Source: Bacteroidales bacterium (lineage in GTDB: Bacteria > Bacteroidota > Bacteroidia > Bacteroidales > VadinHA17). From it: DNA of 53,422 bases. Of the stretch, positions 8,701 through 17,817 are shown one piece after another; the stretch's first letter is position 1; each line of letters opens with the position of its first letter. The position numbers and the translations under genes are program-made. The notes under the pieces were generated by a model. It was given only the letters and a program-made list of their open reading frames with translations, ran no database searches and had not been told where the DNA came from. The DNA lies in contig JAWOIF010000128.1 of assembly GCA_046484805.1 (NCBI GenBank), positions 1 to 53,422 of the forward strand, written 5' to 3'.

Positions 8701-9815
8701 TGATCAGTAATAACTTTTTTTACCGGGGTTTGGAATTTGACAAGCCTTGAGCTGAACATTACGGCGTCAGGCTCTCCTTTTCCCTCCTTTACTAATTCAA
8801 GGTCCATCTCCCAGCCAAGAAGTTTGTTGACCCCGGTAACCCCGGCGCTGGCAATCTCATAGGCCTTAATAGGTGAACGGTCTGGAATCTCTTCACCAAG
8901 TATCCTTTCACGGAATGCAATAGCCAGATAATCTCTCAGGGTAAGGGGACCTTGATACTCCACCGGCGCAGCGGTATAGATTTCGGTGAGACCGGGTGTC
9001 GTAAAGTTTCCGGCTATCATTATCATCGCAGGCTCGCCGGTAACCGGCATTATAATTGTCCTTTCGTAAACTTCAGTGCTTTCAGTCTCCTCTTCTGCCG
9101 GCATAGCTTCTGCTATCCTGACTTGTTCCTGAATGGTCCTTGCTGTTACGACGGGAGCCGTGGTTCTGCTTTCCGGGGCCTCTTCTTCCCCGACAGAGAG
9201 GGATTCAGTTTCATCGATAGTGGAGGTTTCGGTTTCTCGGACAGAGGGGGTTTCAGTTTCGCTGACTGATGCTGTAACTTCAGTAGCTTGAGAGGATACC
9301 CGATCGCTACCGTTATAATTAAGAGCTATTACCAGTATCGCTACGGAGGCTGCTGCTGACATAACGACGGTGACCACTCTTGTCATCCTTACAAAAGGGG
9401 TGGTTTTTTTGAGCCTGTTCTTTAGCGGATAAGCTATCTCTTCGGCGGGGAGACGGAGTCTATTATATAAATTGTATGTCGCCCTTCTTTTTTCATCGGT
9501 ATTGACTACATCTTCCAGTTCCTCCTGTTGCTCCGCTGTCAGATCGCCTTCTGCAGATGCAATGCATAGGTATTCGAACTGTTCTTCACTGAGGTCGGAA
9601 TAGCTTTTCAGCAGCCGGCTCTTGTAAGGGTATTTCTTTTCTGATTGAGCAGAAATAACAGGCATATCCCCGATAAAAGTATCAAAAAGATCCGGCTCAT
9701 CCTCCAGAAACCCGAACAGCTCTTTTGTTCCCTCATTGTCGAGGGTGCCTGCCAGGTAGCGTTCCACCAATTCTTCGATATGTTCCCTGTCTTTCTTCAT
9801 TTTGTCATTACACAA
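8697..9815 (-). CDS. Probable anti-sigma factor (single TM, S/T/E-rich periplasmic linker)
   Basis: Overlaps the ECF sigma stop. It has an N-terminal cytoplasmic YLxGxL/EGDL-type duplicated helical segment, TM VVTVVMSAAASVAILVIAL and a low-complexity linker. Confidence 0.7.
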   Translation of the reverse strand: MCNDKMKKDREHIEELVERYLAGTLDNEGTKELFGFLEDEPDLFDTFIGDMPVISAQSEKKYPYKSRLLKSYSDLSEEQFEYLCIASAEGDLTAEQQEELEDVVNTDEKRRATYNLYNRLRLPAEEIAYPLKNRLKKTTPFVRMTRVVTVVMSAAASVAILVIALNYNGSDRVSSQATEVTASVSETETPSVRETETSTIDETESLSVGEEEAPESRTTAPVVTARTIQEQVRIAEAMPAEEETESTEVYERTIIMPVTGEPAMIMIAGNFTTPGLTEIYTAAPVEYQGPLTLRDYLAIAFRERILGEEIPDRSPIKAYEIASAGVTGVNKLLGWEMDLELVKEGKGEPDAVMFSSRLVKFQTPVKKVITDQ

Positions 9816-10293
9816 CAGCCTCTATACTGCCTATATATCTCTTAAGCTCCATGCGGCCCCTGTATATGTTAATCTTCACCATTGCCTCGGTCATTTTTGT
9901 GATTTCGGCAATCTCTTTATAACTGTAGCCCTCATAGTCGCGAAGCATTATTACCGATCTCTGCTGCTCCGGCAGCCTGGAGAGAGCCTTGTCGAGAACC
10001 TCCGAAAGGTCGGTAAAGGAACCTTCATAGTAGAGATCTCTGTCATTATGTTCCCCGGTCAGTACCATTTTTGATTCCCGTCTCAGCATATCAATCATCT
10101 GGTTGTAAGCCGTCGTGAAAAGCCACGATCTGGCGACCTTGTAGTCTATCTCTCCCACGTGCATCCAGAGCTTCTCAAAACTATCCTGCACCACATCAGA
10201 CGCGCGGTCATTATCCTTAATGTTCTTGAGGATAAACCTGTAAACTCCGTCGGAGTATTCTTCAACAGCCTTATTGTACTCTTTTACTGTCAT
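9808..10293 (-). CDS. ECF RNA polymerase sigma factor
   Basis: Region 2 DVVQDSFEKLW...SWLFTTAYN; region 4 LPEQQRSVIMLRDYEGYSYKEIAEI. Confidence 0.95.
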   Translation of the reverse strand: MTVKEYNKAVEEYSDGVYRFILKNIKDNDRASDVVQDSFEKLWMHVGEIDYKVARSWLFTTAYNQMIDMLRRESKMVLTGEHNDRDLYYEGSFTDLSEVLDKALSRLPEQQRSVIMLRDYEGYSYKEIAEITKMTEAMVKINIYRGRMELKRYIGSIEAVV

Positions 10294-10309
10294 TATCCGG
10301 ATTACAAAA

Positions 10310-10340
10310 ATGAGACGTATTAAGAGACGGGAAAGTTACA
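10310..10340 (-). promoter_or_regulatory. ECF-type autoregulatory promoter (TGTAACTTT-N14-CGTCTCAT)
   Basis: AAC -35 / CGT -10 architecture typical of ECF promoters, just upstream of the sigma ATG; repeated at 8671-8700. Confidence 0.75.
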
Positions 10341-10413
10341 AAAAAGATGCAGCAATGATATTTGCCCGGCACCATACCTCCCCCCGTTGCCGCGGCAAAA
10401 TATGGTATACCTC

Positions 10414-12102
10414 TTACCCTGATATTTTAAAGTATTTAAAGAAAGGATATACAACGCTTCTCTGACTGACGCCCAATGCTGCGAGGTAATCATCGAGAAG
10501 GTTCCATCCCGTGAATCCGTCGCCCACCTCAGGCTCCAGCGCATAGAAGGCCACGTTGGCCAGTGGCTGAGCCATATCGAGAATGTATGAACCGGCAGGT
10601 ATTAGCTTTCCCTCCACGGCTGAAAACAGGCCATCGAGCCGGGTCATGTCGTATCCGCCGCTGCGAACGTGATATAGCCGGCTTATAACAAACTCTTCTC
10701 CCGAGACAGTAACCGGTTCCTGAAGTTGTGTAACCCTGAGTCCGTGAGTACGCAATTTCTCGACAATAAATTCCATGTCTGCCGGGATGATATAACCGAG
10801 GGGTACTCTGGCGCTTTTGGTTCCAACAGGCTTTGTGATAAGATCTACATTCCGGAAAAGCTGCGGGGCGCTGTTGATAATTGAGGGCTTTACACGGCGT
10901 ATGCTTGTGCCGGGAATATCTTCGTAGTCGAGACTCTCGTAGCCGTACATACTAAATTTGCCATCGGAGACATAGCGGCCCTCAACAAAGTTGGTGAGTT
11001 GGCCGGTGCCGGCCTTTTCGCGTATGTTCTTAACCACCTCTTCATCGGCTGCCCTGCAAACAGCAAGCATCTCCCTTGCATTCTCGTGGCAGAACCTCAA
11101 CACTTCATATGCACATACATATTGGGCATATATCATTTTCTCCCACGATATATACCATATTGTCTCAACGAGAATTGCCATACGGTTCCTGAGCCCGTAA
11201 CCCGACACCATGAACTTGCCTTCGGTTGTCCATATAGCGTTTTCGTAGGTGTACTCTTTGGGCGGCCATACACCTCGTGTGAATCCTCCGTGGAAGTATA
11301 TCTCAACACCACCTCTCTCCCTTCCCCCTTTGGTAATGGCGGGGAAGAAGCGGTACGTTACAAAATCACGCGGAGCCTGATGAGCCGCCGGAACATTCGA
11401 TCCGGCATAGGCTATCTGGTAGCCGTGATTTACCCCGCCCATACGGTGGGTATCATATATCAGCACCGGGTCCCAGGTGTTGAAGACATTTCTGTAGAGG
11501 GCATTCATACTGGTTGTCTCCAGTTTTAAAGCATCCCTGTTAATATCGTAACCGCGTGCATCCTGTCGGGTGCCTGACAACCACGGAAGCCCTCTGGCTA
11601 CGCTTCGTGTTTCGTTACCATCGACATTGAAGTTCGGTGCAACCATTATTATCAGATTGTCGAGCAGGTATCCCTTGTCGCCAAAGAGGATATCCCTTAT
11701 CAGCATCAGCAGAGCCTCCTTGCCCTCGTGCTCTCCGGTATGTATTCCTCCCTGAAGATAAATGACCGGTTTGCCCGACTCACTCGCTTCACGGGGTGAG
11801 CTGACACGGGGATTTGCCATCACCAGCACAGGACAGGTGATTCCCCTGTCGCTGGTGTACATACTGAAGACGTGAACGTTTTCACTTTTCCACTGCAGCA
11901 TGGCAAAATACTCAAGAATATCATTGTTGTTGGCAGTATGGGTGAAACCAGAGCGTTCGGCTGCTGTCTGAAGCTCCTCAGTCCAGGTGCCATTCCAGTT
12001 CTCAGGCATATTGTAGCCCCACCACATCTTCTCCTGTGAAACCAGGGAGATGTTTATTGCCAACAGTATAAGGAGGGTGAGAATAGTCCTTCTATTTTTC
12101 AT
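10414..12102 (-). CDS. Secreted M14 family zinc carboxypeptidase
   Basis: Signal peptide, Zn motif GGIHTGEHEG, NVDG, DINRD and YDTH. Confidence 0.85.
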   Translation of the reverse strand: MKNRRTILTLLILLAINISLVSQEKMWWGYNMPENWNGTWTEELQTAAERSGFTHTANNNDILEYFAMLQWKSENVHVFSMYTSDRGITCPVLVMANPRVSSPREASESGKPVIYLQGGIHTGEHEGKEALLMLIRDILFGDKGYLLDNLIIMVAPNFNVDGNETRSVARGLPWLSGTRQDARGYDINRDALKLETTSMNALYRNVFNTWDPVLIYDTHRMGGVNHGYQIAYAGSNVPAAHQAPRDFVTYRFFPAITKGGRERGGVEIYFHGGFTRGVWPPKEYTYENAIWTTEGKFMVSGYGLRNRMAILVETIWYISWEKMIYAQYVCAYEVLRFCHENAREMLAVCRAADEEVVKNIREKAGTGQLTNFVEGRYVSDGKFSMYGYESLDYEDIPGTSIRRVKPSIINSAPQLFRNVDLITKPVGTKSARVPLGYIIPADMEFIVEKLRTHGLRVTQLQEPVTVSGEEFVISRLYHVRSGGYDMTRLDGLFSAVEGKLIPAGSYILDMAQPLANVAFYALEPEVGDGFTGWNLLDDYLAALGVSQRSVVYPFFKYFKISG

Positions 12103-12184
12103 GGGTGGTGATTTTTGGTTTGCACAAGTAAATATAGCAGTTCTTTTTGTTCCTCCCCTTCACCCCATTCAATCGCACCCCATA

Positions 12185-12254
12185 CGCAGACCGCAGACCG
12201 CAGTCTGCAAACCGCAAATCTTAAATCGTTAATCTTAAATCGTCAATCTTATAT
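12185..12254. repeat. Ten degenerate 7-bp units in continuous register
   Basis: cgcagac cgcagac cgcagtc tgcaaac cgcaaat cttaaat cgttaat cttaaat cgtcaat cttatat. Confidence 0.85.
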
Positions 12255-12256
12255 CC

Positions 12257-13852
12257 CTAGAGCATTTTATACACCCTCACCCAGTCGATCTCCATGTTTG
12301 CGACCGTACTGAGCTGGGTGCTTGTGCCCCCTGCAAGAGAGATGTACATCGGTTCCTGAGGCACATTGCCTGCCTGCGAAAAGACAACCTCGCCGTTGAC
12401 CTTCCAGACAAGTTTTTCGGGAGTCCACTCAAGGGTATAGATATAGAAATTACCGGCATACTTTCCGGGCAGGGATGCTTTCGCGGACGATTTTTCCGAA
12501 CGAAAGATGTCGAACCATACCTTGCCTTTGCCGGTGCGGCAAATATCTATATGTGGCGTCATGGTATCTCCGAGGAGCCAGAAAGCATTTTTTGCAGCCG
12601 GATTGTCGAGCTTGATTTTGGCTGAGAATATTCCGTATTTCTGACGGAAGCTGTTACCTGTATTTATTTGCCCCGAGGTATATGTGAATTCCCTCTTCAC
12701 AAAACCCGATGAGGGTATCCATACCTTTCCTTCACTCTTTTCCGGTTTGGTGGTAATGGAGAGCACGGAACTGCGCATCGAGAAATTGTTTTTTGCAGTA
12801 TGAATATGAAGGTCACCATCAAGTGAGTAGTTGTCCTTGAGTAGCTTCTCCCCCCAGTAGTAACTGGTGAGCCATTTTTTATCATCAACTTCGGTGCCTT
12901 CAAAATCATCGCTGTAGGTAAGTTCCCTGGTCTTAAGAATATCGAACTTGTTGGAGTCCTTAACCTTAAAATACCAGACAATGTCATCACTCTTCTTCAG
13001 GGTTTCATACTCCTTTAACTGGGAGAACATCTCTGTTTTCTCGTATCTCTTCTTATCCAGCAGGTAGTTCTTTCTCTCGATGAATTCTTCGGAAGCTACG
13101 TAGCCTTTCAGTTCCTCATATCTGGCAAACATAGTCGAGCCGTCTACCTTTTTGAAATTTGCATATTCCTTTGATTTGAGAAAGGAATAGTACCCCTTGA
13201 TTTCAGGTGAGGCCTTGAGGGTTTTGTATTCCATCAGTCTGGCATACTCTTCGCTATCCTTAAAGGTTATGGGTTTCATCTGTTTCTTTGCCAGAAATTC
13301 CTGACTTGACACGTATGCTTCAAGCTCTCTGAATCTTTCAAGCTTTGGCGACCCCTGATGTTTATCCGGTTTTTTTGCTTCGGGTGATTTTTTCAATGTC
13401 TTGTATTCCAGAAATTTTTTGTACTCCCCGGTATCCTTGAAAGTGACAGGCTTCATCTTCTGCTTCTGCCTGAAGGCAGGGGTGGCAATAAATTTTTCGA
13501 GTTCCTCAAAATTTTTGATCTTCTCTGAGCCGTCAACCTCATTGAAACTTTTCAATTCGTTGCTGTCCCGGGTTTTGAGGTAGAGCCTGATCTCCTTCGA
13601 TTTTGCGAGAGAGTTATACTCCTTCTCTTTTTGATACTCGGGTGAACCCGCATATTTCAACCCCTCAATCTGTTTTTTCTCCTGTTGAAATCCGGCAGAG
13701 TTCACCAGAGAGTCAAGTTCGGTATAACGGGTCAGTTCTTCTGACTCTTTGAACGCTTGCAGCTTTTCATACTCCTCAAGCAGAGCCTTTTCCTGTTGTT
13801 CGATTTTTGCAGTGGAAGGGATCATCCCCAGAGAAAACTTAAGACTTGCCAT
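12257..13852 (-). CDS. GH16-fold domain protein (catalytic Glu residues absent) with N-terminal Lys/Glu-rich helical repeats
   Basis: C-terminal YSDDFEG, YTSGQINT, QKYG, AFWLL, YTLEWTPEKLVWKVNG and MEIDWVRVY are GH16 hallmarks. The EIDIxE motif reads HIDICR. Confidence 0.8.
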   Translation of the reverse strand: MASLKFSLGMIPSTAKIEQQEKALLEEYEKLQAFKESEELTRYTELDSLVNSAGFQQEKKQIEGLKYAGSPEYQKEKEYNSLAKSKEIRLYLKTRDSNELKSFNEVDGSEKIKNFEELEKFIATPAFRQKQKMKPVTFKDTGEYKKFLEYKTLKKSPEAKKPDKHQGSPKLERFRELEAYVSSQEFLAKKQMKPITFKDSEEYARLMEYKTLKASPEIKGYYSFLKSKEYANFKKVDGSTMFARYEELKGYVASEEFIERKNYLLDKKRYEKTEMFSQLKEYETLKKSDDIVWYFKVKDSNKFDILKTRELTYSDDFEGTEVDDKKWLTSYYWGEKLLKDNYSLDGDLHIHTAKNNFSMRSSVLSITTKPEKSEGKVWIPSSGFVKREFTYTSGQINTGNSFRQKYGIFSAKIKLDNPAAKNAFWLLGDTMTPHIDICRTGKGKVWFDIFRSEKSSAKASLPGKYAGNFYIYTLEWTPEKLVWKVNGEVVFSQAGNVPQEPMYISLAGGTSTQLSTVANMEIDWVRVYKML

Positions 13853-13942
13853 TCTCTTTTTGATTTAGATATAACCTGTTAAAGATAGAAAATCTTTAAT
13901 TATCTCTTAACAGATATATTAAAAAGTTCTTTATCACCTGTT

Positions 13943-13972
13943 TTTGAAATACCAGGGCTTTGGTTAATTTTG
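13943..13972 (+). promoter_or_regulatory. Primary-sigma promoter TTTG-N18-TAATTTTG for the e(P4) gene
   Basis: -33 TTTG at 13943-13946 and -7 TAATTTTG at 13965-13972. Confidence 0.55.
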
Positions 13973-14003
13973 TTCATCAGGTAATTAAATAAAGATTAAT
14001 CAA

Positions 14004-14810
14004 ATGAATTTTATGAAGAAAACTACTCTGGCTCTGTTCATAGTTGCTTTATCGGGAATATTGAGTTATTCCTGCAACAGAAGTCAGGATGAGGCCTGGC
14101 CGGGTGACCAGGATCATCTGATAATGTCGGTTCTGTGGTTTCAGAAATCAGCCGAAATGCGTGCTCTGTTCCTGCAGGGATATAACATTGCCTCGGAGAG
14201 GCTTGCTGAGGCTGCCGCCGTCAAAAATGGAGGCAGACCGCTGGCTGTTGTTGCCGATCTGGATGAAACTATCCTCGACAACAGTCCGTATGAAGCCTGG
14301 CAGGTTCATACCGGGAAGGGGTTCTCTGACGACAACTGGAAAAAGTGGACTGACAGGGGCGAGGCAAAAGCACTACCGGGAGCACTGGAGTTTACCATAC
14401 TGGCTGAAAGTCTGGGCGTTGAGATGTTCTATGTCTCCAATCGCGCTGTTGACGATGCCTTTGAGACTACACTTGAAAACCTGAGGAACCTGGGCTTCCC
14501 GTTTGCCGATTCCGCCCATTTACTGCTGAAGACCACTACATCATCCAAGATAGAGAGACGTAACAGGATACTTGAAACACATGACATCATTTTGCTTCTG
14601 GGAGACAATCTTGCCGATGTCGATGTTGTATTTGAAAGCAGGGAGAGGAACCTGGGCTTCAATGATGTCGATTCTCTAACATCACTTTTCGGCTCCAGAT
14701 ATATTATATTCCCAAACCCGATGTATGGCTCCTTTGAGAGGCCTGCCCTTGTTCCTGACGAAAATATTACGACGAGGCAGCGTTATATGCGAAGTCTTGT
14801 CGGCTATTAA
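14004..14810 (+). CDS. 5'-nucleotidase lipoprotein e(P4) family (class C acid phosphatase)
   Basis: Lipobox SYSC, HAD motif DLDETILDNS, YVSNR, GDNLAD and PNPMYG. Confidence 0.92.
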   Translation: MNFMKKTTLALFIVALSGILSYSCNRSQDEAWPGDQDHLIMSVLWFQKSAEMRALFLQGYNIASERLAEAAAVKNGGRPLAVVADLDETILDNSPYEAWQVHTGKGFSDDNWKKWTDRGEAKALPGALEFTILAESLGVEMFYVSNRAVDDAFETTLENLRNLGFPFADSAHLLLKTTTSSKIERRNRILETHDIILLLGDNLADVDVVFESRERNLGFNDVDSLTSLFGSRYIIFPNPMYGSFERPALVPDENITTRQRYMRSLVGY

Positions 14811-14812
14811 CC

Positions 14813-15490
14813 CTATCTCCTTGCCCCAAGGAAGATCGTAATATAAAACAGCAGAGTGGCAAGAGATCCCAGGGCGGCAATGAAATAGGTATATGCGGCC
14901 CACCTAAGTGCATCTTCCGCCTTTTCATGCGTGCCATATCCGGTTATTCCTGCATTTGAGAGCCAGGCAAGAGCCCTTTTGCTCGCATTGACTTCGACAG
15001 GCAGTGTTATAATTGAAAACAGGGTGGTAAGTGTAAAAAGACCTATTCCGAAAAGAAGCAGTTCCGGAAATCTTTCCACTGTAAGAATGCCTGCGAGCAG
15101 TATCCACTGTACCCATTTGGATGAAAAGCTGACTGCCGGCACCAGTTTTGAGCGCATGGTAAGCCATGAATAGGCTCTGGCATGCTGCACGGCATGGCCG
15201 CACTCGTGGGCTGCAACTGCAGCTGCTGCAACGCTGTTTCCTGTATATACCTCACGGCTCAGGTTAATTGATCTGGTAACCGGATTGTAATGGTCAGAGA
15301 GCTTGCCCGCGACACTACCAATTTTTACACCGCTTATTCCGTGGTCGCGAAGCATCTTCTCGGCAACGTCCCTGCCGGTCAGGCCGCCGGGCAATGGTAT
15401 CTTTGAGTACTTTTTAAACCTCGATGAAAGCTGATGGCTGACAATCCAGCTGATTATCATAAAAGCGCCAAATATTATCCAGATAGTCAT
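14813..15490 (-). CDS. Putative neutral zinc metallopeptidase (YugP/Zn_peptidase_2)
   Basis: LSDHYNP, AAHECGHAVQH, TLPVEVNASKRA and AAYTY; hydrophobic segments. Confidence 0.92.
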   Translation of the reverse strand: MTIWIIFGAFMIISWIVSHQLSSRFKKYSKIPLPGGLTGRDVAEKMLRDHGISGVKIGSVAGKLSDHYNPVTRSINLSREVYTGNSVAAAAVAAHECGHAVQHARAYSWLTMRSKLVPAVSFSSKWVQWILLAGILTVERFPELLLFGIGLFTLTTLFSIITLPVEVNASKRALAWLSNAGITGYGTHEKAEDALRWAAYTYFIAALGSLATLLFYITIFLGARR

Positions 15491-15522
15491 TTTTTTTTCT
15501 CTTTAATTATTTCGCGAAGTAC

Positions 15523-15538
15523 AGCAAAAGCCCTGCCA
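15523..15538 (-). promoter_or_regulatory. Sigma-54 -24/-12 promoter TGGCAGG-GCTT-TTGCT upstream of the zinc metallopeptidase
   Basis: Matches the TGGCAC-N5-TTGC consensus spacing exactly and lies 32 nt upstream of the ATG. Confidence 0.65.
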
Positions 15539-15647
15539 ACAAAATAACGCGTTTTACAGTAGTCATTTTGTCATATTTCTTATTGATCGGGCAGGTTTAG
15601 AATTGCCTTACTGTCATATTGCGCTAATCTTTTGCCGGTTTTTGATC

Positions 15648-15655
15648 TATCTTTG
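15648..15655 (+). promoter_or_regulatory. -7 element TATCTTTG for yidD (near-leaderless transcript)
   Basis: Exact TAnnTTTG 6 nt before the ATG at 15662. Confidence 0.5.
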
Positions 15656-15661
15656 CAGATC

Positions 15662-15970
15662 ATGTCAGGCAGGGTAAACATATTATCATTATTGCTGATG
15701 GTTCCGGTGAAACTGTACCAATGGTTTTTATCCCCACTGCTTGGCCCGTCATGCCGGCATGTGCCTTCATGTTCGTCATATACCATCGATGCTCTGAAGA
15801 TGCATGGCCCCTGGAAAGGCTTTTTGCTTGGAACCAACAGGATTCTGAGGTGCAGGCCCGGGGGAACGCACGGCTATGACCCTGTTCCGAAAATTCTGTT
15901 TCGCAGTTACAAACCGTTTTCTTCCCTGCTTCAGCGCCGCAGGAAGAGCAGCAGGCTGAAGGACCATTAG
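15662..15970 (+). CDS. yidD: Membrane protein insertion efficiency factor YidD
   Basis: [22 protein letters not shown]...[17 protein letters not shown]. Start moved to ATG 15662 from the TTG at 15632. Confidence 0.92.
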   Translation: MSGRVNILSLLLMVPVKLYQWFLSPLLGPSCRHVPSCSSYTIDALKMHGPWKGFLLGTNRILRCRPGGTHGYDPVPKILFRSYKPFSSLLQRRRKSSRLKDH

Positions 15971-16740
15971 AATCTCAGTTCGTCTTTCAGGAGTCTGTAT
16001 CCCGACCTGCTGACAGGAAGTTTCTCTCCGCTTTTAAGTATCGTTACGTAAGTCTCCTTTCCATAGGGTTCAAGGCGGGCAATGGCATCGAGTCTTACAA
16101 TATACGAGCGATGTATTCTGACGAACTGACCTGCCGGAAGAGACTCCTCGTAAAACTTCATCCTCCGCTGTTTGAGGGCTTTGCCTTCTGAATAATAAAG
16201 CATTACATAATCGTCTTGTGCTTCAATGTATCTTATCTCCTCTACAGGCACAATATTGATTTTGCTGCCTTTTTTCACCACCACACGCGAGAGTGACGGA
16301 GCATCAGGGGGTCTTTTATCAATTACATCTGAAGCCCTGGTAATCGAATTTCTGCCTGCTGCCAGCTTTTCACGGGCTTTGGCGATTGCGTCGTTGAACC
16401 TTTCCGATGATATAGGTTTCATCAGGTAGTCGGTTGCGTTCATTTCGAAAGCTTTGAGCGCATACTGATCATAGGCGGTGGTAAATATTATGAGCGGATT
16501 TTCTTCCATCACCTCAAGCATTTCAAATCCGGTTAGCCTTGGCATCTGGATGTCAAGAAGAATGAGGTCGGGATTGATCTCCCTTATAGCCTTCAGCCCG
16601 GCAAAGCCATCGGAACACTCCCCCGCCAGCTGCAGGTCGGGATGGCTTTTAAGGTAATGCTTCAGGATTTCCCTTGCCGGGGCTTCATCGTCAATTATCA
16701 GTACTTTGATCGGGTTCATAATCTGCATTGTATTATTCAA
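15967..16740 (-). CDS. LytTR family response regulator
   Basis: Receiver IIDDE...LDIQMP...FTTAYD...DYLMKP; Lyt[12 protein letters not shown] and LPVSRS. Confidence 0.95.
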   Translation of the reverse strand: MNNTMQIMNPIKVLIIDDEAPAREILKHYLKSHPDLQLAGECSDGFAGLKAIREINPDLILLDIQMPRLTGFEMLEVMEENPLIIFTTAYDQYALKAFEMNATDYLMKPISSERFNDAIAKAREKLAAGRNSITRASDVIDKRPPDAPSLSRVVVKKGSKINIVPVEEIRYIEAQDDYVMLYYSEGKALKQRRMKFYEESLPAGQFVRIHRSYIVRLDAIARLEPYGKETYVTILKSGEKLPVSRSGYRLLKDELRF

Positions 16741-16746
16741 TAATCA

Positions 16747-17799
16747 TTATTTCAAAACCGGCAGTTTCAGCCTGGCCATGAAATGACTGTCAAGCTTTTC
16801 GGTAGACAGCGAGGCCTCTTTACCGTAATAGAGTTCCATCCGCCTCTGAACGTTTACCAGTCCGGTGCCCGTACCAGCCGGCAGTACAGCCTCAGGGTCG
16901 AAGTTGTTACTTATGGTTATTTCGAGAATCTGCCGGTTGCAGCGTATGAGAGTTGTAATCTTCACCACACCAGTGCTTTCATGCACGCCATGCTTAATTG
17001 CATTTTCATATAGCGGTTGCAAAAGCATGTTGGGGATTTTGATATCGAGGCACCCTTCCGCGATCTCCTCTTCGGTGGTGAGCCTGTCGCCAAACCTGGT
17101 CTTTTCTATATCGAGGTAGAGTCTCAGGTTTTCCATCTCCCTCCCCAGTGTTACCGGCTGTTCATCCTTGCGTGAAAGGGCATACCTCATGAAGTCTGAT
17201 AGCTTTATCACCATCTCTCTTGCCTTGTCAGGGTCTGTTATTGTGAGAGCGCTTACAGAGTTCAGGCTGTTGAAGAGGAAGTGTGGATTTATCTGTGACC
17301 GGAGCATTTTTAATTCGGTCTCCTTCAGCAGGTTTTCAAGCCTGGATTCCTCCAGTTTCTTGTCTGATAGCCTCCTGTAGCTTATTATAAGGTAATAGGT
17401 GAGCAATACAAGTATGCATATGAGCACACCCAGTCCGACCCGGTAGATTATTGTATCGTTCCAGTAACCGGAGTATAGACCGGGCCCGGTAAAAATAGCA
17501 GTATTGACCATTCGGCTCAGCAGCAGCCAGACAAGCACCAGACCAGCCGATACTGCAATAAGGTTAAATATGAGAGTTGCCGGTTTGCGGGTCTGTTTGT
17601 TGAAATAGCTGAGAGGGTACCATGCTGCCAGGGCAAGGCCCGAGTATATTATCATGGAAACAAAACCGTCGGTGATTGTTAAAATGGTATCGGCATCGTG
17701 TGTATAGTAGAAAAGGAGTGACTGGCCGGCTCCCAGAAGGAGCCATGCCAGCCACCATATCACACTCTTTGTTCTGCTTTCAAATACCGGGTGTCCCAT
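16747..17799 (-). CDS. LytS-type sensor histidine kinase
   Basis: About 4 N-terminal TM segments, LRSQINPHFLFNSLNS, LQPLYENAIKHG and GTGTGLVNV. Confidence 0.93.
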   Translation of the reverse strand: MGHPVFESRTKSVIWWLAWLLLGAGQSLLFYYTHDADTILTITDGFVSMIIYSGLALAAWYPLSYFNKQTRKPATLIFNLIAVSAGLVLVWLLLSRMVNTAIFTGPGLYSGYWNDTIIYRVGLGVLICILVLLTYYLIISYRRLSDKKLEESRLENLLKETELKMLRSQINPHFLFNSLNSVSALTITDPDKAREMVIKLSDFMRYALSRKDEQPVTLGREMENLRLYLDIEKTRFGDRLTTEEEIAEGCLDIKIPNMLLQPLYENAIKHGVHESTGVVKITTLIRCNRQILEITISNNFDPEAVLPAGTGTGLVNVQRRMELYYGKEASLSTEKLDSHFMARLKLPVLK

Positions 17800-17817
17800 A
17801 AACAGGATGATCGATAG

